Assembly (NCBI GenBank): GCA_031286225.1
Contig: JAITUQ010000042.1
Span: 28,231 to 52,230, forward strand
Source: Candidatus Methanorudis spinitermitis
Lineage (GTDB): Archaea; Methanobacteriota; Methanobacteria; Methanobacteriales; Methanobacteriaceae
Reading direction: 5' to 3'
DNA: 24,000 nucleotides
Shown here: positions 16,900 to 24,000 of the stretch, piece by piece
How positions within the stretch are numbered: position 1 is the stretch's first letter
Layout of the letters: every line of letters starts with the position of its first letter
Translations under genes and position numbers: made by a program
Notes under the pieces: generated by a model
The model's input: only the letters and a program-made list of their open reading frames with translations
The model's database searches: none
What the model was told of the DNA's origin: nothing

Positions 16900-17616
16900 A
16901 TGAAAATCACAACAGTTATAGTAATTATTGCACTTGTAGTAGTTGGTATGTATACTTTACTAGAAGTCACATATTTCTCATCGAAAATAGCTATTGAAAA
17001 AGACCTTTCTTCTCCTGTTATCTTAATCCCAGCTATTGGGGTTAATGAAAAACTTAACAATATTTCTATTTCCCAGGGAGTTTATCATGAGGAATATTCA
17101 TATTTTCCTACAAAGGGAGAAGTTGTTATTTTTGGTCATAGAACGAGTTATGGGTCTCCATTTTTACGTTTAAACGAGTTAAAGGCAGGGGATGTAGTTA
17201 CATTACAATGGCAAGGAATTGGTGAAATTAACTATACAGTAAATAGTTCAAGAATTGTTCCTGCAAGCTATTTATTACCTGTAAATAATTCAATTCAAAG
17301 ATTATTCTTAATAACTTGTGATCCACCTGGATTTACTACAAATCGGTTAATTATTGAAGCTGATATGACTAATCTTGGTCCATTAGATAAAACTGTATTA
17401 AATGAAAATCCACAAGAACATTATGCTTTATACATTTCTATTGGATTTTTAGCTATTGGTCTTTTATTAGCCTTTTTCTATCCAATTAAAGAAGAAAGAC
17501 TTTTTGTATTAATAACTATATTAGCTATTTCTGCAGTTTTATTCTATGCTTATTTCTTCCCATTTTCTCCAGATATAATAGGATCTAAGATTGAATGGTT
17601 AAATGGTGGAATTTAA
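16900..17616 (+). CDS. Sortase-family transpeptidase (membrane-anchored, three predicted TM helices)
   Basis: The catalytic triad is in canonical order and spacing: His80 (VVIFGHRTS), Cys140 in LFLITCDPPG (a TLxTC-type motif) and Arg149 (TNRLIIEA). The N-terminal signal-anchor is ITTVIVIIALVVVGMYTLL. Two additional C-terminal TM helices are present. A GGTG SD lies 5 nt upstream. Confidence 0.8.
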   Translation: MKITTVIVIIALVVVGMYTLLEVTYFSSKIAIEKDLSSPVILIPAIGVNEKLNNISISQGVYHEEYSYFPTKGEVVIFGHRTSYGSPFLRLNELKAGDVVTLQWQGIGEINYTVNSSRIVPASYLLPVNNSIQRLFLITCDPPGFTTNRLIIEADMTNLGPLDKTVLNENPQEHYALYISIGFLAIGLLLAFFYPIKEERLFVLITILAISAVLFYAYFFPFSPDIIGSKIEWLNGGI

Positions 17617-17675
17617 ATTGGATAACTATTGTTTGTAAGATTACTAGCTTAATAATATTATTTAAAGGGGATATA

Positions 17676-18047
17676 ATGGAGATTAATGAGAAATATTTTT
17701 CTAACATTACTAGGAGAGAAAGGGCTATATTTGAAGGGGCGATTAGTATGGGAGCTCTTTTTCATCAGTTTATTGGAACTCCAGTTAATAAAAAATCAGC
17801 ATCTAGTTTAAAAATAGCTATTAGCAAATCTCTGCAATTACAACCAGCTATTGAAAAAGTTGAGGTAAATATTGATTTTAAAAAACTTGATGAAGCTATG
17901 AGTGATTTTGATTATGTTTCTTTATCTGGAGAGATGTTAAATGTAAGAATTCACTCTAAAATAGAGGATGTTTTAGCTATTATTAGAATGGAATTTATTG
18001 AAGATCTTAAATATCCTTTAATGTATGTTGAAGAAATTATAGAGTAA
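17676..18047 (+). CDS. mptD: Putative archaeal dihydroneopterin aldolase (MptD family, methanopterin biosynthesis)
   Basis: The motif RERAIFEGAISMGALFHQFIGTPV, the C-terminal LKYPLMYVEE and the length of about 120 aa match my recollection of the MJ0408/MptD family. ATG 17676 has an AAAGGGGA SD. The track start at 17595 would overlap the sortase gene and adds a non-conserved-looking leader. Confidence 0.55.
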   Translation: MEINEKYFSNITRRERAIFEGAISMGALFHQFIGTPVNKKSASSLKIAISKSLQLQPAIEKVEVNIDFKKLDEAMSDFDYVSLSGEMLNVRIHSKIEDVLAIIRMEFIEDLKYPLMYVEEIIE

Positions 18048-18433
18048 TTATAATATTATCCATATAAAACTATCTTATAATTTTATCATATTTTTTTAAA
18101 TTTATTTTAACTATTTTTATTTTTTAATATTTTTATAAATTATCATGAACTTTTTTCATCATGGATTTTTTTCCTGAGGAATTAACATGATGCTAGGAAT
18201 AATTATTTAATTAATAAAGATTAATCTATAGTATAGAAAAACAAATTTTAATATTTTAAATCTTTAACAAATATTTAACTTTTATTTGTTGAAAATTAGT
18301 TATAATATTAAAATAGCTTTAAACATCATTTGAATTTATTTTATGTAATAAATTAATATTATTATTAATATTATTATTAATTTTTTTTATTAATTTAATA
18401 ATTTAATTAAAATTAAAAAATGAGGAAGAGTAT

Positions 18434-18640
18434 ATGATAATAGTAAACCCTGATTTATGTAAAGGATGTGATATTTGTATAGAATCCTGTCCTAGACATG
18501 TTTATGCAAAATCAGAAAAGCTTAACAAAAAAGGAGTTTATTTACCCTATCTTGATAATGAAAAAAAATGTAGGAAATGCCATTTGTGTGAATTATTATG
18601 TCCAGATCAAGCTATTACTGTGGAGGAAGAAGATGATTAA
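18434..18640 (+). CDS. korD: 2-oxoglutarate:ferredoxin oxidoreductase delta subunit (2x[4Fe-4S] ferredoxin-like)
   Basis: It carries two CxxCxxCxxxCP motifs (CKGCDICIESCP, CRKCHLCELLCP) in 68 aa. A GAGGA SD lies upstream. It is the first gene of the delta-alpha-beta set. Confidence 0.8.
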   Translation: MIIVNPDLCKGCDICIESCPRHVYAKSEKLNKKGVYLPYLDNEKKCRKCHLCELLCPDQAITVEEEDD

Positions 18641-18723
18641 AGAGGATTTATTCTTTGGTCAAGTGGTGTATAGTCTAATTACAGGAACTTTTTCCTTAAA
18701 TCAAAGTAGTGATGGTGAATAAT

Positions 18724-19848
18724 ATGAGTGAAAAAATGTTTATTCAAGGAAATGAAGCTTGTGCAAGAGGAGCCATAAAAGCAGGATGCAGGTTTTTTGC
18801 AGGTTATCCAATTACTCCATCAACAGAAGTAGCTGAAGAGTTGGCACGCATTCTTCCAAATTATGGGGGGTCATTTGTTCAGATGGAAGATGAGATTGCT
18901 GCACTTGGGGCGATTATAGGGGCTTCATGGAGTGGTTTAAAAGTTATGACATCCACTTCAGGACCAGGATTTTCTTTAATGCAGGAAAATATTGGTTATG
19001 GTCAAATAACTGAAACACCACTTGTTATTATTAATGTTCAAAGAGGGTCTCCTTCTACAGGTCAACCAACCATGGCTGCTCAAGGGGATATGATGCAAGC
19101 AAGATGGGGATCTCATGGAGATTATGAACCAATAGCATTATCACCATCTTCTGTTCAAGAGTGTTTTGATTTTACAATAAAAGCTTTTAATTTGTCTGAA
19201 AAATATAGAGTTCCTGTGATTATTCTAACTGATGAAATCATTGGACATATGAGGGAAAAAATTACTATTCCTGATGAAGTTAAAGTTACTAAAAGGGAGA
19301 TGCCCCAAGAAAAACCTGAAGATTTCCTACCATTTAAAGCAGATGAAAATGGTACAAGTCCTATGGTTCCATTTGGTGAAGGATACAATATACATGTTAC
19401 TGGTTTAACTCATGACGAGCGAGGTTATCCTGACACGTCTTCTCCAAAAGCTCATTCTAAACTTGTTAAAAGATTATGTAATAAAGTCCTAAACAACAGA
19501 GAATCTATTGTTTCTGTTGAAGAAGAATTTTGTGATGATGCTGATATTATATTAATATCTTATGGTGCACCATATAGATCAGTATCTGCAGTAGTTAAAA
19601 AAGGAAGGTCTGAAGGTATAAACCTTGGATCTTTAAAAATTAACACTCCCTGGCCATTTCCAGAATCACAAGTTTTGAAAGCTGCAGAAAAAGCTAAAGA
19701 CTTAGTTGTGGTTGAGATGAATTTAGGACAGATGGTTCATGAAGTAGAAAGTGTAGCTAGAGATAAAGCAAATATTCACCTTATATCTAAAATTGGCGGA
19801 GAACTTCATAAAGTTGAAGATATATTATCAAAAATTAGGGAGCTGTAA
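18724..19848 (+). CDS. korA: 2-oxoglutarate:ferredoxin oxidoreductase alpha subunit
   Basis: The N-terminal FIQGNEACARGAIKAGCRFFAGYPITPSTE motif is typical of 2-oxoacid:Fd oxidoreductase alpha subunits. ATG 18724 is preceded by GGTGA. The track start 18709 is a GTG that adds MMVNN. Assignment to KOR rather than POR/VOR rests on the four-subunit layout and the adjacency to sucC. Confidence 0.85.
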   Translation: MSEKMFIQGNEACARGAIKAGCRFFAGYPITPSTEVAEELARILPNYGGSFVQMEDEIAALGAIIGASWSGLKVMTSTSGPGFSLMQENIGYGQITETPLVIINVQRGSPSTGQPTMAAQGDMMQARWGSHGDYEPIALSPSSVQECFDFTIKAFNLSEKYRVPVIILTDEIIGHMREKITIPDEVKVTKREMPQEKPEDFLPFKADENGTSPMVPFGEGYNIHVTGLTHDERGYPDTSSPKAHSKLVKRLCNKVLNNRESIVSVEEEFCDDADIILISYGAPYRSVSAVVKKGRSEGINLGSLKINTPWPFPESQVLKAAEKAKDLVVVEMNLGQMVHEVESVARDKANIHLISKIGGELHKVEDILSKIREL

Positions 19849-19850
19849 AA

Positions 19851-20732
19851 ATGAGTAATGATAAAGTAACTACTCAAAGAAGTGAAAACCCTTTTATGAA
19901 ATATCTAAGAAAAGATAGACTTCCACATATATTTTGTGCTGGATGTGGTAATGGGACAGCGTTGAATACATTTTTTAGAGGAATGGAAGCTGCAAAAATT
20001 GATTTTGATAATATAGCTATGGTTTCTGGAATTGGATGTTCATCAAGAATTCCAGGATATGTAAAATGCGATTCTCTTCATACTGCTCATGGAAGAGCTA
20101 TTAGCTTTGCTACAGGATTAAAGATGGGAAATCCTAATTTAGATGTTGTAGTATTTACAGGTGATGGTGATGCAGCAGCTATTGGTGGAAATCATTTGAT
20201 TCATGCTGCAAGAAGAAATATAAATCTTACAGTTATTTGTATAAATAATAATATATATGGGATGACTGGAGGTCAAATCAGCCCAACATCTCCAAAAGGC
20301 AGTTTTGGATCAACAGCTCCTTATGGTTCAATAGATAAACCTTTTGATCTCGCTGAACTTGTGGTTGCAGCTGGAGGGAGTTATGTATCACGATGGACAG
20401 CAATTCATGGACTTCAATTAGCTAATTCCATTAAAAAGGCATTAAACAATAATGGATTTTCCTTTGTTGAAGTTGTATCTCAATGTCCTACATATTTTGG
20501 TCGTAGAAACAAATTAAGAACTCCTGTGGAAATGATAAAAGCATTTAAAGAGAATAGTATAGTTAAAAAGAAAGCAGATAAAATGGATCAAGAAGAACTT
20601 ATTGGAAAAATAATAGTTGGAGAATTTGTTAATAATCCAAGACCTGAGTTTAGTGAAAATATCTGCAAATTAAGTGAAGAAAAATGTGGAAAGGTACAGC
20701 TTGTTAAATCAGCTTATTTAAATGAGTTTTAA
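19851..20732 (+). CDS. korB: 2-oxoglutarate:ferredoxin oxidoreductase beta subunit (TPP-binding)
   Basis: It has the FCAGCGNG Cys motif and the TPP motif GDGDAAAIGGNHLIHAARRNINLTVICINNNIYGMTGGQ. An AGGGAG SD lies upstream. The start is 2 nt after the korA stop. Confidence 0.9.
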   Translation: MSNDKVTTQRSENPFMKYLRKDRLPHIFCAGCGNGTALNTFFRGMEAAKIDFDNIAMVSGIGCSSRIPGYVKCDSLHTAHGRAISFATGLKMGNPNLDVVVFTGDGDAAAIGGNHLIHAARRNINLTVICINNNIYGMTGGQISPTSPKGSFGSTAPYGSIDKPFDLAELVVAAGGSYVSRWTAIHGLQLANSIKKALNNNGFSFVEVVSQCPTYFGRRNKLRTPVEMIKAFKENSIVKKKADKMDQEELIGKIIVGEFVNNPRPEFSENICKLSEEKCGKVQLVKSAYLNEF

Positions 20733-20789
20733 CGGAAAATACCTTATAAAATCAATTTATTAATTGATAAATTTTGAAAATTAATTATG

Positions 20790-20865
20790 TTATTAATATT
20801 ATAATTAATATTATTATATAATAGCTAATATTATTCTAAAATATCTATTTTATTAATATTATAAT
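20790..20865. repeat. Exact 16-bp direct repeat TTATTAATATTATAAT, two copies 60 bp apart, in the korB-korG spacer
   Basis: The copies lie at 20790-20805 and 20850-20865 and were read directly. The surrounding spacer is almost pure A/T, so partial matches are expected by chance, but an exact 16-mer less so. Confidence 0.5.
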
Positions 20866-20981
20866 AATTTTTTATAATTAATTAGATTTTTTATTATATT
20901 ATTAATACTATTAACTAAATTTATTATTTATCAATTGTTAATATAACTATTATTATAACATACATTATTAAAGGTGATAAT

Positions 20982-21530
20982 ATGCGAAAAGAAGTTAGAA
21001 TAGCAGGATTTGGAGGGCAAGGAGTTATTTTAGCAGGAATTATCATTGGAAGAGCTGCTTCAATTTATGATGGAATTAATGCTGTTCAAACACAATCTTA
21101 TGGTCCTGAAGCTCGTGGAGGTGCTTCTAGAACTGAAATTGTAATAAGTGATGAAGAAATAAGTTATCCTAAGGTTTCAAACCCCGATATTTTAGTAGCA
21201 ATGTCTCATGAAGCTTTAATAAAATATTTAGATGATTTAAAAGATGAAGGAATATTAATAATTGACCCAGATTTGATTAATGAAGAAGATATTGAGGACT
21301 TTGTTAAAGAACATGAAATTAAAGTATATCGTGCAAGAGCTACTAAAACAGCTACAGAAGAAATTGGTCTTAGAATAGTAGCTAATATTGTAATGATTGG
21401 AGCTATAACAAACATAACGAAAATAATTTCTCTTGATGCTGCAAAAGATGCTATAGTAGCAAGTGTTCCTAAAGGAACTGAAGAAAAAAATATTAAAGCT
21501 TTTGAGGCAGGTTATGCTTTAAATTCATGA
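20982..21530 (+). CDS. korG: 2-oxoglutarate:ferredoxin oxidoreductase gamma subunit
   Basis: The motif RIAGFGGQGVILAGIIIGRAA...QSYGPEARGGASRTE is typical of the gamma subunit. A GGTGAT SD lies upstream. A 249-bp spacer separates it from korB. Confidence 0.85.
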   Translation: MRKEVRIAGFGGQGVILAGIIIGRAASIYDGINAVQTQSYGPEARGGASRTEIVISDEEISYPKVSNPDILVAMSHEALIKYLDDLKDEGILIIDPDLINEEDIEDFVKEHEIKVYRARATKTATEEIGLRIVANIVMIGAITNITKIISLDAAKDAIVASVPKGTEEKNIKAFEAGYALNS

Positions 21531-21636
21531 ATTAAAATTTTATTTTTTATATTTTTCTATATATTAAAGTATTCAATGTTTATTATATTAAAAGAATTTA
21601 TATTAAATGGACTGATATTTTGGTGTGGTATTAAAA

Positions 21637-22743
21637 ATGAAGTTTTTTGAATATAATGCAAAAAAAATCTTTAAAAAATCAGGAATAAATATTTTAGAAG
21701 GACACCTAGCTTATTCTCCTGAAGAAGCTATGGAAATAGCTACTGATATGGGAACACCAGTAGCTATAAAAGCACAAGTTTTAGTTGGAGGAAGAGGTAA
21801 AGCTGGAGGAATAAAGTTTGCAGATGATCCGGGAGAATCATTTGAAATAGCTAATGAACTATTGGATATGGAGATTAAAGGAGAAAAAGTAAAGCATCTT
21901 CTAGTAGAAAAAAAAGTAGATATTAAAAAAGAATTCTATTTAGGGGTTTCTATTGATAGATCAGCTAAAAAACCTATTATCATAGCTAGTGTTGAAGGTG
22001 GAGTTGATATTGAACAATTAGCTATTACAAACCCTGATAAAATAATCAAATATCATGTTGATCCATTAGAAGAATTTTTACCCTACGAGGCAAGGGAAAT
22101 AGCTCGTAAAATGGGTGTTGGATCTGATCTGATTTCATCTGTAGGTGCAATAATTTGGAAACTTTACAATGTTTTTGATAAGTATGATGCTCAAATAGCA
22201 GAAATAAATCCTTTAGTAAATACAGATGAAGGATTAATAGCTGCTGATGCGAAATTTGAAATTGAGAATGATTCTCTATTTCGTCATAAAGATTTAATGG
22301 AAGTTTTAGATTATAAACCTAAAGAATTTGCTTTTGTTAAACTTGATGGGGATATTGCAGTAATTGGAAACGGTGCAGGTCTTACTTTAACTGGGATGGA
22401 CATGATAAAACTTAATGGAGGAAAACCAGCTACTTTTTTAGACATTGGGGGAGGAGCATCAGAAAACACAATAAAAAAAGCCTTAAATTTAGTTTTAAAT
22501 TATGCACCAGTAAAAGTAGTCTTTTTAAATGTTCTTGGAGGCATAACACGGGCAGATGATGTAGCTAATGGTGTTATAAGTGCATTAAAATCATCAAAAA
22601 GAAAAGTTAATATTGTTATTCGGTTAACAGGTACTAATGAAGAAGAAGGTCAAAGACTTTTAGAAGAAGCAGGAATTCCATTTGAAATTTCCATGGAAAA
22701 AGCAGCTCAAAAAGCTGTTGAAATAAGAAACTCTTTAGGTTAG
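21637..22743 (+). CDS. sucC: Succinyl-CoA synthetase beta subunit (ADP-forming)
   Basis: It has the MKFFEYNAKKIF N-terminus (compare the MxLHEYQAK type), the ATP-grasp motif KAQVLVGGRGKAGGIKF, EINPL and GNGAGLTLTGMD. The track start (GTG 21625) adds four residues, and I prefer ATG 21637. Confidence 0.9.
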   Translation: MKFFEYNAKKIFKKSGINILEGHLAYSPEEAMEIATDMGTPVAIKAQVLVGGRGKAGGIKFADDPGESFEIANELLDMEIKGEKVKHLLVEKKVDIKKEFYLGVSIDRSAKKPIIIASVEGGVDIEQLAITNPDKIIKYHVDPLEEFLPYEAREIARKMGVGSDLISSVGAIIWKLYNVFDKYDAQIAEINPLVNTDEGLIAADAKFEIENDSLFRHKDLMEVLDYKPKEFAFVKLDGDIAVIGNGAGLTLTGMDMIKLNGGKPATFLDIGGGASENTIKKALNLVLNYAPVKVVFLNVLGGITRADDVANGVISALKSSKRKVNIVIRLTGTNEEEGQRLLEEAGIPFEISMEKAAQKAVEIRNSLG

Positions 22744-22754
22744 TTTTTTTTTTT
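22744..22754 (+). terminator. Oligo-T tract (T11) immediately after the sucC stop codon, a likely archaeal intrinsic terminator
   Basis: The sequence reads TAG followed by 11 consecutive T. Archaeal RNA polymerase is known to terminate at oligo-dT tracts. The next gene is convergent. Confidence 0.5.
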
Positions 22755-23274
22755 AAAAAAATTGAAATTAAATTTTTAAGTAAATAATAAATTTAATTAT
22801 AATGCAAAATATTATTTTTGGTAAAAATTCAATATTTTAAATTTTGATTTAAATGGATATTTTTTAAACTTTAAAAGCTAAAACTTTTAAAATAAAGAGT
22901 TAAAATTTATTAAATATTATAATAAAATATAAATATCTATTAATATTAATAAATATTTATAATTTTTAATTTAAAAGACGAATAAAATAATTTTATCCAT
23001 TAAAAAATTATAAGTAATTTTACCAAAATTTGGTGCTATACTATTATTATATACAATTTACTTAATTTTTTTTTCAAAATCAATTTTTTAATAAATAAAG
23101 AAATAATAATTTTCATTTTTTAGCTATTGTTGAAATATCTTGTGTGGAGCTATTATTGTTAGTTTTACTGTTTTTTTTATCGTATTTAGGTGGATTAACT
23201 CTTTGAATAAGTAAAATAATATAATATTTTATTTTTTATATTTTTTTAGAGGATATTGTCTATTTATCCTTTGA

Positions 23275-24000
23275 TTATTTTATAAGAACAACTCTACTAA
23301 TTTCAGAGTCATCAATGATTTCTTTTCCAGTTAAGTTAGCTATTTTTTCTGCAAAATCATGGACTTCTTTGAAAGTTGGCATGTTGTTTAATGTTAATCT
23401 TTCTCTTGAGTAGCCAACGCACATATAAGCTTTGATTTCAACATAATCTGGATTAGCTGTTTTTATTAATTTGGCATATTCTTCAGGTTTTTCCATGTTT
23501 TTATTCTTAACACAGGTGGTTCGTATGCATGTTCTGGAACCAAAACTATCTAGTGTTTCAAGTGATTTGTTTATCCTCTCCCAACCTTTGTTAATTTGAG
23601 GGTTGCAGAGTTCATTATATATTTTTTTGTTAGGAGCATCTAATGAAAGATATAATTGGCTTGGTTCATTTTCAAGATTTTTTAACTTTTCATACATTAA
23701 ACCATTACTTACTAAAAAGGTTGTAAAATTTCTTCTTTTAAATTCCGCTATTAATTCGTCAATTTCAGGGTATAACATTGGTTCTCCAGCTAATGAAATA
23801 GCTGCATTATTAGGTTCTTTTGATTGAATTAATTTTTTCTCATCTGCTTTGTCATTGCCGAAAAATCCACATAAAAGTTGATTTTGGGCAGCTATAGCTT
23901 CATCAATAATGGTTTCAGGATCATCATAGTTTCCTTGCCAATCTGTTTTTGTTAAGGAAAGGTCTCTCCAACAAAATGAACATTTTTGATGGCAAAATGG
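23275..24000 (-). CDS. taw1: tRNA 4-demethylwyosine synthase (radical SAM, TYW1/Taw1), 5'-truncated by the window edge
   Basis: The track lists 23275..23778, but the frame stays open to position 24000. The upstream translation reads ...FCHQKCSFCWRDLSLTKTDWQGNYDDPETIIDEAIAAQNQLLCGFFGNDKADEKKLIQSKEPNNAAISLAGEPMLYPEIDELI. It has the CxxxCxxC radical-SAM cluster motif and a TYW1-like C-terminal part (LYLSLDAPN..., YVEIKAYMCVGYSRERLT). Confidence 0.85.
   Translation of the reverse strand, partial: PFCHQKCSFCWRDLSLTKTDWQGNYDDPETIIDEAIAAQNQLLCGFFGNDKADEKKLIQSKEPNNAAISLAGEPMLYPEIDELIAEFKRRNFTTFLVSNGLMYEKLKNLENEPSQLYLSLDAPNKKIYNELCNPQINKGWERINKSLETLDSFGSRTCIRTTCVKNKNMEKPEEYAKLIKTANPDYVEIKAYMCVGYSRERLTLNNMPTFKEVHDFAEKIANLTGKEIIDDSEISRVVLIK

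Noticed and set aside
17595-17675. Upstream extension of the mptD ORF (MVKWWNLNWITIVCKITSLIILFKGDI)
   Set aside because: The extension would overlap the 3' end of the sortase gene by 22 nt and has no SD. ATG 17676 has a strong AAAGGGGA SD and gives a family-typical length.
18498-18722. 74-aa same-strand ORF overlapping korD out of frame and bridging to korA
   Set aside because: It overlaps the ferredoxin-like korD, whose two CxxCxxCxxxCP motifs establish the real frame. It has no SD and no motif. It is probably a chance open frame.
20762-20936. 9-bp inverted repeat AATTGATAA / TTATCAATT flanking the korB-korG spacer, which could hint at a miniature mobile element
   Set aside because: A 9-mer match in about 250 bp of two-letter-like sequence is plausible by chance. 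There are no target-site duplications and no transposase or MITE-like structure.
23120-23205. Short hydrophobic reading frames in the sucC-taw1 intergenic region (e.g. ...CVELLLLVLLFFLSYLGGLTL*)
   Set aside because: There is no canonical start codon with an SD. Two overlapping frames both look hydrophobic, which is a T-rich composition artefact. They are too short to support without expression data.

Overview
This is a very AT-rich archaeal chromosome segment. I estimate roughly 25-30% GC by eye and did not compute it. The gene content places it in a methanogen of the Methanobacteriales (Methanobrevibacter or Methanosphaera-like): MCR component A2, a methanogenesis-marker-9 protein, F420 genes cofD/cofE, GTP cyclohydrolase III, PurO, MptD, archaetidylserine synthase, Taw1 and 2-oxoglutarate:ferredoxin oxidoreductase. 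Positions 1-12928 are transcribed entirely on the minus strand: hemA', sirC-like, mmp9, atwA, a NifR3-related TIM barrel, arfA, cofD, cofE, purO, exbD/exbB-like, rnhB, mreB and an unknown partner gene. A 704-bp AT-rich divergent spacer follows. Positions 13633-22743 are all on the plus strand: pssA, a 614-aa membrane protein, a sortase, mptD, korDAB, korG and sucC. A convergent taw1 gene runs off the right edge. From memory, the gene order resembles the conserved cofD-cofE-purO ... pssA ... kor-sucC region of Methanothermobacter, which should be verified by alignment. I support 24 CDS, two of them truncated by the window edges. I see no tRNA or rRNA genes (no GC-rich islands), no CRISPR array, no transposase, integrase or phage genes, and no recognisable defence system. 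The window therefore looks like core genome rather than an accessory island. The items most worth follow-up are: (1) an ExbB/ExbD-type proton-channel pair in an organism with no outer membrane, where ExbB carries an extra C-terminal ferredoxin-like domain; (2) a 614-aa K/N-rich bitopic protein whose ectodomain looks CpaB/RcpC-like, followed by a three-TM archaeal sortase that is preceded by a 20-bp tandem repeat array; (3) an MreB gene translationally coupled to an unknown 210-aa partner instead of MreC/D; (4) an mmp9 double-Cys-motif protein with a UBA-like tail next to atwA; and (5) a TIM-barrel gene whose conserved first strand lies upstream of any canonical start codon. All homology calls come from motif recognition by eye. 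No searches were run.
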